Positions 34,175 through 44,800 of a stretch of DNA of 64,000 nt are shown here, piece after piece (the stretch's first letter is position 1; each line of letters opens with the position of its first letter). The DNA comes from Desulfobacterales bacterium. Its GTDB lineage: Bacteria > Desulfobacterota > Desulfobacteria > Desulfobacterales > C00003060. The stretch lies in the NCBI GenBank assembly GCA_030616475.1, contig JAUWXF010000001.1, forward strand, positions 6,845 through 70,844, read 5' to 3'. The notes under the pieces were generated by a model. That model did no database searches and was not told the DNA's origin. It was given only the letters and a program-made list of their open reading frames with translations. Both the position numbers and the translations under genes were made by a program.

Positions 34175-35695
34175 TTAGGCTTTTCCCGCAACCGCCTCGG
34201 CGGCCCGGGAAGCAGCACTGCTGGCCTGGGCCACCGACTCTGGTATATCCATCGGCCCCTGGGCGCACCCGCACACAAAGATGCCGGGCACGGTAGTATC
34301 CAAAGGATTGAGCGGATCTGTCTTAAAAAACCTGTTATGGTCTAACTCCACGCCGACCATCTCAGCTATTTTTTCTATCCCCTTTGGAGCTTCACACGCC
34401 ACAGCCAGGATGGCCAGGTCAACTGTTAAGCTCTTTGGGGTCTGAGAGGTGGTCTCTTCATACCAGATAATGGGGTTTTCGTTTTCATCCTGGGTAATTT
34501 CAGCCACACGCCCACGAACGTAATTAAGACCGGTCTTTTCTGCCCCCCGTACCTTGTATTCTTCAAAACCCTTGCCAACCGTGCGCAGGTCCATGTTGAA
34601 GATATATGCATCGGTTCTGGCTTCATGGTCCTTGGCAATCATCGCCTCTTTAATGGAATGCATACAGCAATAACTTGAGCAGTACTTATTAAAGCGAAAG
34701 TCCCGGGAACCCACACACTGGATAAAGGCCAGCCTGGTGGCAACGTCAAACTTCTCCGCCTTGGCCTTCAGGGCCTCCAGTTTCTTGGTCGCCTCCTGTA
34801 CGCTCTCATACTGCTTTGCCCATTTTGCAAACTCATCCCCGTCCGATATGTTCCCTGCCGTGAATTCCTTATAGAAATCAGCAGATGACTTCTTGTGTTT
34901 CTTTTCGTATTTACCGAGGGTCTTTGTTGCCTTCTTCAGCTTCTTCTCCCCGCTGTGGATAAGCTCGTGATCTCTTAGATCCGAGAGCCTTTCCACGTGG
35001 CCTTCCGTGGGGCCGCTGGCGCTCAGCAGGCGTTCAAATTCGAGGGCATTGATCACATTTGTAATCCGCCCATAGCCGTATTCCGGCAACTTCGCGGCAT
35101 CAAAAAGGTCATACCCGACCGCCAAAACGATAGCGCCCACCTTTAACTCAAGGATTTTATCCTCCTGCTTGTAATCTATGGCTTTGGCCTGGCATATCTT
35201 TTCACAGACACCGCACTTTTTCCCCTTTTGAAAGGTCCGACAATGAACGGCATCTATACAGAAGGTAGAAGGGATACCCTGAGTATAGTACTTGTAGATC
35301 GCCTTTCGCTTCCCCAGCCCCATGTTAAATTCATCTGGTACCGTGGTTGGACATTTTTCGGCACATGCGCCGCACCCCGTACACAAATCTTCGTCAACGT
35401 AGCGGGCCTTTTTCCTCACGGTAACTGCAAAATCACCATTGCTGCCCGTTACTTTTTCCACAACGCTGTATGCCAAGAGATTGATCTTAGGATGCCGACC
35501 GACATCCTGTAACTTTGGCCCGATAATTCACATAGCACAGTCATTTGTGGGAAAGGTCTTGTCCAACTGGGCCATCTTGCCGCCGATGCAAGGGAGCTTT
35601 TCGACCATATGGACCTGAAGGCCCATATCCGCCAGATCAAGCGATGCCTGCATACCGGCTATCCCCCCGCCAATGACCAATATATCTTTGCTCAC
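34175..35695 (-). CDS. QmoA/HdrA-like flavoprotein with an in-frame TGA (predicted Sec) at 35528..35530
   Basis: GTG at 35693-35695 lies 9 nt after GGAGG. My translation is [48 protein letters not shown].., continuing in frame into track ORF 34175..35476. The hairpin AGGAUGUCGGUCGGCAUCCU (35489..35508) lies 19 nt 3' of the UGA. Confidence 0.85.
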
Positions 35696-35737
35696 GACAA
35701 CCTGCCTCCTTACCCGGTTTCCTGATACTTGCTCAAC

Positions 35738-35762
35738 AACTTGATAGTATAGGAATTTCCTT
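35738..35762 (-). promoter_or_regulatory. Motif B (AACTTGATAGTATAGGAATTTCCTT) in the leader of the Sec-hdrA/qmoA-like gene
   Basis: The same 25-mer with one substitution occurs at 45143..45167, upstream of the 41845..45126 gene. Confidence 0.4.
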
Positions 35763-35768
35763 TTTCAA

Positions 35769-35809
35769 GCGGCGTAGCCGCGTTATATAAAATCGCGTAG
35801 CGATTTTAT
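35769..35809. repeat. Family-5 double mini-hairpin (GCGGC-GTA-GCCGC + ATAAAATCGC-GTA-GCGATTTTAT) overlapping the 35806 stop
   Basis: GCGGCGTAGCCGCGTTATATAAAATCGCGTAGCGATTTTAT. Copies occur at 46615..46655 and, inverted, at 53107..53147. Confidence 0.8.
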
Positions 35810-36936
35810 CCACCGTTCATGGCAGAAACGACCATTTCAGTGAGATCTTTAATCTTGATATCAATACCCTCTATAAAACTTGCAGCACAACTAAAATGAA
35901 TATTACACTTGGGACAGGCAGTAATCAAAGTGTCCGCCCCGGTTGCCATCGACTCTTTCAATCTGTTGCCTTGAATCTCCTTTGAGCAGGTAGAACAGTT
36001 CATCCATCCGGTAGTCCCGCAGCAAACAGAATTTTCGCCGTTCCTTTCCATCTCCACAAAGGAGGCCGCAACCCCGTTAATGATGTCGCGCGGGCTCTCA
36101 TATATACCTGCCAGCCGCCCCAGCCGGCACGGATCCTGGTACGTCACCACGCCATTCGATTTTTCTAATGTTAATTCCCCGGCCTTTAACCTTTCCGCCA
36201 GAAAATCGTAGAAGTGAATAACCTCAAAATCGAGATCTCCGAAATACTTTGTATAGTAATTCTTGAAGATATAATATCCTTCAGGGCAATGGAAGATGAC
36301 CTTCTTACTCCCCGCCTCTTTGATTACTTCAATATTGGCCGCAGCCAACTTCTTGAAGGTTTCAACCTCGCCATTCCAGAGCATATCATGTCCGCAGCAT
36401 TTTTCGTCGTTGCTAACCACCGGCTCAATGCCCAATTTATTCAAAATCTTGATGACATTTCGTCCGATATCTAATGGCTGCGAAGGAAAATTTGCAAAAA
36501 TGACATTGAAATAGGGTAAGCAGCCCACAAAATAGAAATACTCCCCCTTGTCTGCAATACTGCCTGCCTCTTTTGCCCAGGTAATCCTGTCCTGCTTGAT
36601 TCCGGATGACTGTATCTCCATAATCGATTGGAACATACCACTGTGTGCAGGGCTGCCCTTATTGCCAAGCCTCAGTGCCTCCTCTCTGATCCCCCTGGCA
36701 AATTCCAGGTAGTCGATGTTAGCCGGGCACCTGTGGGTACACCGTGCACAGGTCAGACAGGACCATACATCGGGATCCGTCAGGAAATCTTCGGCCTTGC
36801 CCATAAGAGCCTTTTCAACCATCAGGCGGGGCGAGAATCCGGGTGAATACCGCGCCACCGGGCAGCTACCTGTACAAACGCCGCAGTCCAAACAGTAGTA
36901 AGCCTTGGTTTCATCTACTAATGCTTCAATGTTCAT
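35806..36936 (-). CDS. HdrD-like protein (HdrC-type 2x[4Fe-4S] + two CCG domains)
   Basis: 376-aa ORF with CLDCGVCTGSCP, CLTCARCTHRCP, EKCCGHD, SVCCGTTG and CPKCN. Confidence 0.9.
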   Translation of the reverse strand: MNIEALVDETKAYYCLDCGVCTGSCPVARYSPGFSPRLMVEKALMGKAEDFLTDPDVWSCLTCARCTHRCPANIDYLEFARGIREEALRLGNKGSPAHSGMFQSIMEIQSSGIKQDRITWAKEAGSIADKGEYFYFVGCLPYFNVIFANFPSQPLDIGRNVIKILNKLGIEPVVSNDEKCCGHDMLWNGEVETFKKLAAANIEVIKEAGSKKVIFHCPEGYYIFKNYYTKYFGDLDFEVIHFYDFLAERLKAGELTLEKSNGVVTYQDPCRLGRLAGIYESPRDIINGVAASFVEMERNGENSVCCGTTGWMNCSTCSKEIQGNRLKESMATGADTLITACPKCNIHFSCAASFIEGIDIKIKDLTEMVVSAMNGG

Positions 36937-37018
36937 TCTTTAGCCCCCATTGGTATTCTCTGGGCAATCGATTCATCTCATCCACCCAATACTCCATCAC
37001 TCCATTACTCCAATTCAA

Positions 37019-37438
37019 CTAAGCGGCTAGCCGCAGCGAAGACATCCCCAGATCCTTGATCTTCTGGGTAAAAGAGGTGACGACTTCGGCAAAACGGCCC
37101 CCTTCGGCAGACGAAACCCACTCCAGGGCCAGGCGCTCATTGTCGATGCCCAGCAGGGCCAGCAATTGACGCGTCATCTCAATCATCAGTGTTGCTTTCT
37201 TGTTACCTTCCAGGTAACGACAGTCGCCGATGTGTCAGCCACTCACCAGTACCCCATCGGCGCCCAGTTGAAACGCCTTCAGAATGAAATTAGGGTCGAC
37301 CCGGCCAGAGCACATCAGCCGGATCACTCGAATGTTGGGGGGATATTGCATGCGGCTGACTCCAGCCAGATCTGCCGCGCCATAGGCGCACCAGTTGCAG
37401 CAAAAAGCAATAATTGTTGGCTCGTACTCTGCACTCAT
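37019..37438 (-). CDS. mvhD: MvhD-like protein with an in-frame TGA (predicted Sec) at 37235..37237
   Basis: Track ORF 37235..37438 ends ..GVLVSG. My continuation is [74 protein letters not shown], with the stop at 37019. The hairpin GUUACCUGGAAGGUAAC (37202..37218) lies 16 nt 3' of the UGA. Confidence 0.85.
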
Positions 37439-37532
37439 GATCTCTCTTCCTTCATATTGACCGAGTGTAAATCACGGCTGTTGGCAATGAGAAAATCCGT
37501 GTCCGTCTGCTGCGTATTTAGTTTTGGGGAAA

Positions 37533-37604
37533 AGGTGTCAGGCTTCGGGTTTCAGGTGTCAGGATTGAGAAACTTAAAGAGCTGAAACCTGAACACTGAC
37601 ACTT
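37533..37604. repeat. Stutter-hairpin element of the TCAGGTGTCAGG family
   Basis: GGTGTCAGGCTTCGGGTTTCAGGTGTCAGG faces CTGAAACCTGAACACTGACAC. Confidence 0.75.
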
Positions 37605-37630
37605 GGCCATTGAACTCAATAACCAACAAT

Positions 37631-37668
37631 CTTGATTTACACCCATATTCTTGATTTACACCCATATT
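37631..37668. repeat. Perfect 19-nt tandem direct repeat (CTTGATTTACACCCATATT x2) just 3' of the 37672 stop
   Basis: Copies lie at 37631..37649 and 37650..37668. An inverted partial copy GTGTAAATCA lies at 37465..37474. Confidence 0.9.
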
Positions 37669-37671
37669 AAT

Positions 37672-40600
37672 CTACCCGCCGAGGCCGGCCTCGACCATGG
37701 CAAGCACTTGGCTGTCCATAAAATGACGAAGGCCTGCGGCCCCGGTAGGACAGGCCACCGAGCAAGCACCGCAGCCCTTGCACAACGCCCCCTCAACATA
37801 GGCTGCTCTCCTGCCCTCTTCGCGTTCCGCAACAGCAATGGCACCAAAAGGGCAGGCATCTTCACACTTGCCGCAACCGCGGCACAAAATCTCATTTACG
37901 TGGGATATAACGCCTTCGATCGTGAGTTCATCCTTGGAGAGTACTACCGACGCCCTCGAAGCTGTTGCTTTGGCTTGCGCGATGCTTTCATCAATCGGCT
38001 TCGGGTAATGGGCCATGCCAGCCAGGAAAATCCCTTCTGTAGCGGACTCTACCGGCCTGAGTTTGGCATGGGCCTCCATGAAGAACCCTTCCTCGTTGAG
38101 GGCCAGCTTATACATCTGGGCCAGGGGTGTGTTATCTCTGGGTACAATGGCACACGCGAGGACCACCAGGCCAGGTTTAATCTCAATATCCCGACCGAGT
38201 ATAGGATCTTTGACCGCCACTGAGATCCCGTCTCCGTTTTTCTTAACATCAGGTTTTTGCTCCAGATCGTACCTGATAAAAATGACACCGCGGCTTCTCG
38301 CCTCTCTATATAGCTCCTCTCGCTGGCCATAGGTGCGAATGTCCCGGTAAAGGATATAGATATCCATTTCCGGGTTCATTTCCTTTAGTTCCAAAGCTGA
38401 ATGGATTGTATGGGTGCAGCAGAGCTTGGAGCAGTAAGGCCTTTCCGGTTCCCGTGATCCCACACACTGGATAAATACGGCGGTTTTGGCCTTTGTTATC
38501 CGTTCTTCTTTACTGGCAACGGCCGAATCGAGGTCCAGGTGGGTCAAGACCCTGTCATCTTCGCCATAAAGGTATTCACTCGGCTTGTATTCCTCGGCAC
38601 CGACCGCCACGATCACAGCCCCATGTTTCAGGGTAACATCTGTGCCGTTCTGTGAGACGGTGGTTTCAAAGTTTCCAACAAATCCGGTGGCCTCTTTGAT
38701 ATTCGATCCTTTGTACACATCAATCAAGGGATGATCCTCCACCTGGCGCACCATCTCTTCAACGCCATCTGCAATCTTCTCTCCCCTCCACGTGCTGACG
38801 AGCTTAAGGGCGTTTCCACCCAGTTCATTTGCTTGCTCCACAAGATATGTGTGGAAGCCCTGATCGGCGAGACCAAGAGCCGCTGCCATACCGGAGACAC
38901 CGCCTCCTACCACAAGGGCCTTGTGGTCCACCGAGATGGTAGGCTGTGGTAATGACTGTATCAATCGAGCCCTGGCAACCGCCATGCGCACCAGATCCTT
39001 TGCCTTCTCGGTAGCCTTCTCCCCTTCCTTGAAGTGGACCCAGGAGCACTGATTGCGAATATTGGCCATTTCGAACAGATACTGGTTCAGACCTGCATCC
39101 TTCAGGGTCTCCTGAAACATGGGCTCATGGGTCCTGGGTGAGCAGGAAGCCACCACCACCCGGTTCAACCCCTCCTGTTTGATCACCTCTGTTATCTTCT
39201 CCTGAGTATCCTGCGAACAGGTGAAGAGGTTATGCTCAGCGTAGACCACCGCGGGGAGTGTTCGGACGTATTCGGTCACCGCGGGCACGTCCACGATTCC
39301 CCCGATGTTGATACCACAGTTGCACACGAAGACTCCGACCCGTGGTTCTTCAGAGGATACGTCTTTCTCTTCAGGATAGCTCTTTTCCTTAACCAGCGTG
39401 CCCCGGGCATCCGACAGAATTTCTTCTGCCCCGCAGGCAGCACCACTCGCTTCCATAACCGAATAGGGAATATCCTTGGGTTCCAGGAAGGTTCCGCAGA
39501 CGTAAACCCCCTTTCTGGATGTCTCTACAGGAGTAAATGTTGCTGTCTCAACAAAATGGTCCTTGTCCAGGTCGATATCGAGACGTTTGGCCAGCTCCTT
39601 GAGCTCTTTGGGAGTTTCAAGTCCTACGGAAAGTATCACCATATCGAATTTCTCGACCTGGATGTTACCGCTTTCATCCGCATACCGAAGGATCAGGTCA
39701 TTGGTATCAGGGTCCTCTTCAATGGAATGGATCCGGGAGCGAACGTACCTGACCCCCACCTCTTCCCTGGCACGGTTATAATATTTCTCGAAGTCCTTAC
39801 CATAGGTCCTCATGTCCATGAAAAAGATAGCCGTGTCGAGTGGATGCTCGGAATGTTCCTTGGCAATAACCGCCTCTTTAGTGGCATACATACAACAGAC
39901 CGATGAACAATAGGGATTGTCACATTGGTTCATATCCCTGGAACCGATGCACTGGAGCCAGGCAATCTTTTCAGGTTCCTTCAGGTCCGAGGGCCGGTGG
40001 ACGTGCCCCAGATAGGGGCCTGTGGCGCTCAAAATGCGCTCAAATTCCATACTGGTAACCACATTAGGAAATTCGGCATACTTGTAAACATCCAGGTTGC
40101 CCGGATTGAATACATCATTGCCCAGGGCCAGGATTACTGCTCCTGCTTCCAGCTCCGTCCTTCTCGGTTCATCATCATAGCGAATTGCTTCAGCCAGACA
40201 GACCTTTTCACATAGCCCGCAGCCGATGCACAGGTCCCTATCAATGGTATAGGCCAGGGGTACGGCTTGAGCGTACTTGATGTAAATGGCGGCCCTGAAA
40301 TCAAAACCGCGGTTGAATTCATTCCCGGCGGTCACAGGGCAGGCCTGGGCGCACACCCCACAGCCGGTACATCTAGCAGGATCAATGTGCCGGGGAACAT
40401 TCTTTAGTGTTGCCTTGAAATGTCCGGGTTCGCCTTCAAGGGATTCAACCTGGGTGTTCGTAATGATATTGATGTTAAGATGCCGGCCGACCTCGACCAG
40501 TTTGGGCGAGATAAGTCACATGGTGCAATCATTTGTTGGAAAGGTCTTATCCAACTGTGCCATTAATCCGCCGATGGTCGGCGATCGATCAACCAGATGC

Positions 40601-40695
40601 ACGTAATAACCTGAGTCTGCCAGATCGAGGGAAGCCTGCATCCCTGCGATCCCGCCCCCGATGACAATCACGCTACCTATCTTCTCATTTGTCAT
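37672..40695 (-). CDS. Double HdrA-like flavoprotein (QmoA-like + QmoB-like fusion, 1007 aa) with an in-frame TGA (predicted Sec) at 40516..40518
   Basis: ATG at 40693-40695. A codon-by-codon check gave [52 protein letters not shown].., in frame with track ORF 37672..40356. The hairpin GAGGUCGGCCGGCAUCUU (40477..40494) lies 21 nt 3' of the UGA. Confidence 0.9.
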
Positions 40696-40724
40696 GACAA
40701 TCCCTCAATATCGCTTTTTAAAAC

Positions 40725-40941
40725 AAATCCGAAATCCGTATATCGTACTGTTCTCAAGGCGTGAGCCGCAAATCCGAAACAAATCCGACACGAAGTGAAG
40801 CCTGCGCTCAATTCAAATGTCTAAATGTTCAAAACTCTATTTACGCTGAGTGCTCTCCTTGAGCTATTCGGGTTTGTTTTGAATTTTGTATTTTGGTCAT
40901 TTGATATTGTTTCGAATTTCGTGCTTCGAATTTCGAATTTT
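40725..40941. repeat. Roughly 220-bp composite repeat element, copy 1
   Basis: AAATCCGAAATCCGTATATCGTACTGTTCTCAAGGCGTGAGCCGCAAATCCGAAACAAATCCGACACGAAGTGAAGCCTGCGCTCAATTCAAAT ... TTTTGGTCATTTGATATTGTTTCGAATTTCGTGCTTCGAATTTCG. It is largely alignable with 61989..62206, and its ends are imperfect inverted repeats. Confidence 0.85.
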
Positions 40942-41013
40942 CCCTGTTGTTTCTGTGAAATTTAATTTCTGAGAATCTTTAGCATATTGGAACGTTATTT
41001 TGGAGTCCTCATA

Positions 41014-41775
41014 CTATGCTGCCAGAGCGACGAACTTTGGGGTAGTCTCGTCATACCCCTTTATCTCCGCCTGGCCGGAATTCTTCAAATGACTCAACCA
41101 GAAAGAAACCCTTGGCTTCGGCAATCCGATCCTTCCGGAAATCTCCCGCACTAACTGGGGACTTTCCTTGATTGCCTCCAAGACCAGGGCCTTTTCATAC
41201 TCCTCTTCAATGGCCTGGTGAAGGAGTCTTGTGTACTCTTCCTCGTTCAGTTTTTCATGATAGACGTTCTCACGCTCGGTGAGCTGCCTGCTCATTCCCA
41301 TCAGCCATCGGATGCGAGGCGAGGTCAGGGTTTGTTCAACAGCAGCCAGCGGAAGCTTAAATTGGTCCAGATCAAAAGGCCCCAATTCCCGAGTCAAGTC
41401 ACTAAATTGCGTCACATAATCTGCGAACAACTGCCCTTCAGCCGAACTGACCCAACGAAGCTGCATCCGATTTCGTCCAATGCCGGAGAGATCGAGCAGA
41501 TATTCCACCACATGCATCCTTTTAGAAGCATAGACATTACCATCCAGGTAATGACAGTCTCCAAGGTGTCATCCGGACACAAAGACGCTATCAAACCCGC
41601 TCTTTAAACCGTTCACTATATAAAGGGGATCAACCCTGCCGGAACACATCACCCGAATTACACGGATCGCAGGGGGATATTGGAGGCGGGATACACCCGC
41701 TAAATCTGCACCTGCATAGGCGCACCAGTTGCACAAAAATGCGAGGATTTTCGGTTCAAATGGTTCACTCATCAC
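41014..41775 (-). CDS. MvhD-like domain (in-frame TGA, predicted Sec, at 41569..41571) fused to a C-terminal winged-helix-like domain
   Basis: Track ORFs 41569..41775 and 41014..41517 share one frame: ..SVFVSG-TGA-HLGDCHYLDGNVYASKRMHVVEYLL... The hairpin CAUUACCUGGAUGGUAAUG (41535..41553) lies 15 nt 3' of the UGA. The C-terminus SPQLVREISGRIGLPKPRVSFWLSHLKNSGQAEI looks like a wHTH. Confidence 0.85.
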
Positions 41776-41844
41776 TTCTCTCCTGCTGTACCCGTTAGGA
41801 GTTTCATTTACTCCAACACTCCATTACTCCAATACTCCATCGCA

Positions 41845-44800
41845 TTACCCCCTTGCACCGCCTGCCTGAATCGCTGCAAATATCTGCCGATCGCGGAAAT
41901 GCTGCATATCAATAGCCTTTTGCGGGCAAGCCGCGGCACAGCTCCCACAACCCTTACATACTGCTGAGATATTTTCGGCTCTATACCCTTTCCCGGGTAT
42001 CTTCTCAAGGCGTATAGCGCCAAAAGGACACGATGTCTCACACAAGCCGCATCCAATACAGAGATCCTGGTCAACGACCGATACAATAGGTTCTATTTCC
42101 ACATATTTTTGCGCCAGGATGGTAGCAGCTCGAGCTGCTGCCGCCTCAGCCTGGGCGATGCTTTCCTCAATCGGTTTGGGGTAATGGGCCATGCCGCACA
42201 CAAAAATACCATCCGTGGCAAAGTCCACAGGCCGGAGCTTCATGTGAGCCTCGAGGAAGAAATTGTCCTGGCTGATGGACACCTTGAAGATCTGGGCCAA
42301 TTCCTCAATCCCACGGGTATAGATGGCTGTGGCCAGGGTGATAAAGTCCGGCTTGAGGGTGATGGGCCGCTGGAGCACGTGATCCATTACCGTAACCTCC
42401 AGGGTGCCTCCCTCGGTTTCCCTGACGACCGGTTTATTCTCCAGGTCATAGCGAATAAAAATCACACCGAGGGCCCGGGCTTCTTTGTACAGATCTTCAC
42501 GTTCCCCGTAGGTTCGCATGTCCCGGTAGAGGATGTAGACATCTATGTCCGGGTTGCGTTTCTTTAGCTCCACCGCCTTCTGAACCGAGAAGGTGCAGCA
42601 AATCTTGCTGCAGTGAGGGCGCTCCGGTTCCCGGGAGCCGACACATTGAATGAAGACTGCACTGCCGGCGTTTTTGACCTGATCACTCTCCCATGCCTTG
42701 TCAAGCTCGTGCCACCGGAAGACCCGGTCATTCTTGCCGTAAAGGTACTCATCCGGCTTGATAGAATGGGCGCCGGTTGCCAGCACTGTTACGCCGTGCT
42801 CCACCTCGCGAACGTCCCCTCCACCATTCAGAGTGATGGCTGTCTTGAAGTTGCCGATGAAACCGGAAGCCTCCTTGACCTTAGCGTTGAGGTGCACCTC
42901 GATATTGTCGTGCCCGGTTACGTCATCTACGAGCTTGCTCACAAACTCCGGGACACCTTCGCCCTTCCACGTTTTCTTTAGCTTCAGGGCATGGCCACCC
43001 AGGTGTTCCTTCTCCTCGACAATGTGCACCTTGAATCCTTGCTGGGCCAGATTGAGGCCGCACACCATCCCGGCCACACCACCGCCCACCACCAAAGCCG
43101 CCGGGGTAACCGGCGCCGAGGGCACGGGCAGGGGCTCGATGAGTGAAGCCCGGGAAACTGCCATCCGCACCAGGTCCTTGGCCTTTTCAGTGGCAGCATC
43201 AGGATCACTCGAATGCACCCAGGAGCACTGGTCGCGGATATTGGCCTGCTCGAAAAGGTACTTGTTCAGGCTGCTGTTGCGCAAGGTTTCCTGGAAGAGC
43301 GGCTCATGGGTGCGCGGCGAGCAGGCGGATACTACCACCCGGTTGAGGTTCTGCTCCTTGATTACTTCAACCAATTGCTCAAGGGCATCCTGGGAACAGG
43401 AGAAGAGGTTCTCCTGAACATAGGTCACGTTCGGAAGCGTTTTGGCGTATTCGGCCACTTCAGGAACCCGCACCACACCGCCTATGTTCACCCCGCAATT
43501 GCAAACAAAAACACCGATACGGGCTGGCTCAGCACTGATATCCCGCTCCTCGGGGAAAGTCTTTTCCTTTACCAGGGTGTGACGCGCCCCGGCAAGCCTG
43601 CTCCCTGCCGCACCCGCGGCAGCCGAGGCCTCCATCACCGAATAAGGAATATCTTTGGGGCCCTGCAAGGCTCCGCAGGCATAGATCCCGGGAACAGACG
43701 TATTCACAGGGGCAAAGCTGGCGGTGCGGGCAAATCTGTAATGATCCAGATCGATTCCCAGCTTCTCTGCCAGCTCTGCTGCACCAGGAGGGGACTCAAG
43801 CCCGACAGAGAGCACCACCATGTCAAACTCTTCTGTTTCGGCCCTGCCGTCTTCCGTAGCGTAGCGAATCTTCAGGTTATCTGAACCGGCCACAGGGTCA
43901 ATAGTGTGCACCCGGCAGCGTATGAAACGGACACCACTTTCTTTTGCCCGGTTGTAATACTGATCGAATTCCTTCCCATAAGTGCGCATGTCCATGAAAA
44001 AGATGGCCGTCTCCAGCCCGTCTTTGGCATGCTCCCTGGCAATGACCGCCTCCTTGATTGCGTACATGCAACAGACACCTGAACAGTAAGCATTGTCACA
44101 GCGGTTGATGTCTCGGGAGCCCACGCACTGGAGCCAGGCAATCTTTCTGGGGGCATGGGACGCTGCCTCTTTCTCTTTTAGCGCGGCGAGCTTGCCGTCC
44201 GAGGCGGCAAACTTTTCAGCCAGCGAGGCCCAGCTTTTATAATCCTCGTCCTCGGCTCCCGCTTTGAACTGCTCGACTACCTCGGCAGTGGGCTTGCCGT
44301 GCTTTTTTTCCAGTTGTTTCAACTGGCGGTCCAGTTTTTTCAGCCCTTTCTCCGCCTTAACAATCTCTTCCCGGAGGGCCAGGTCAGAAGGTCTCTCCAC
44401 GTGACCGGCAGTAGGACCGCCTGCACTCAAGAGTCGTTCAAACTCCATGGAGGTGATCACATTGGGTTGACTGGCATAAGCGTAAGCCTCAAACTGGCGG
44501 GGATCGAAGGTCTTAAAGCCGGTGGCCAGGATAACGGAACCGACTTCCAGGTTCAGAAGCTGCTCTTTTTGCTCGAAGTCAATCGCATCGGAGGGACAGA
44601 GCTTGGCACAGACCTCGCACTTTTTTCCGTCGCCCAAAAGGCGGCACTTCTCAGCGTCGATAGCATAGCCCGACGGAATCGCCTGGGGATAGAGCTTGTA
44701 AATTGCCTTGCGCTTGGCAAGGCCTTCATTGAATTTGTCCACCACCACCTTCGGGCACTTTTCCGCACAAGTGCCACAGGCGGTGCATTTGTCCAGATCG

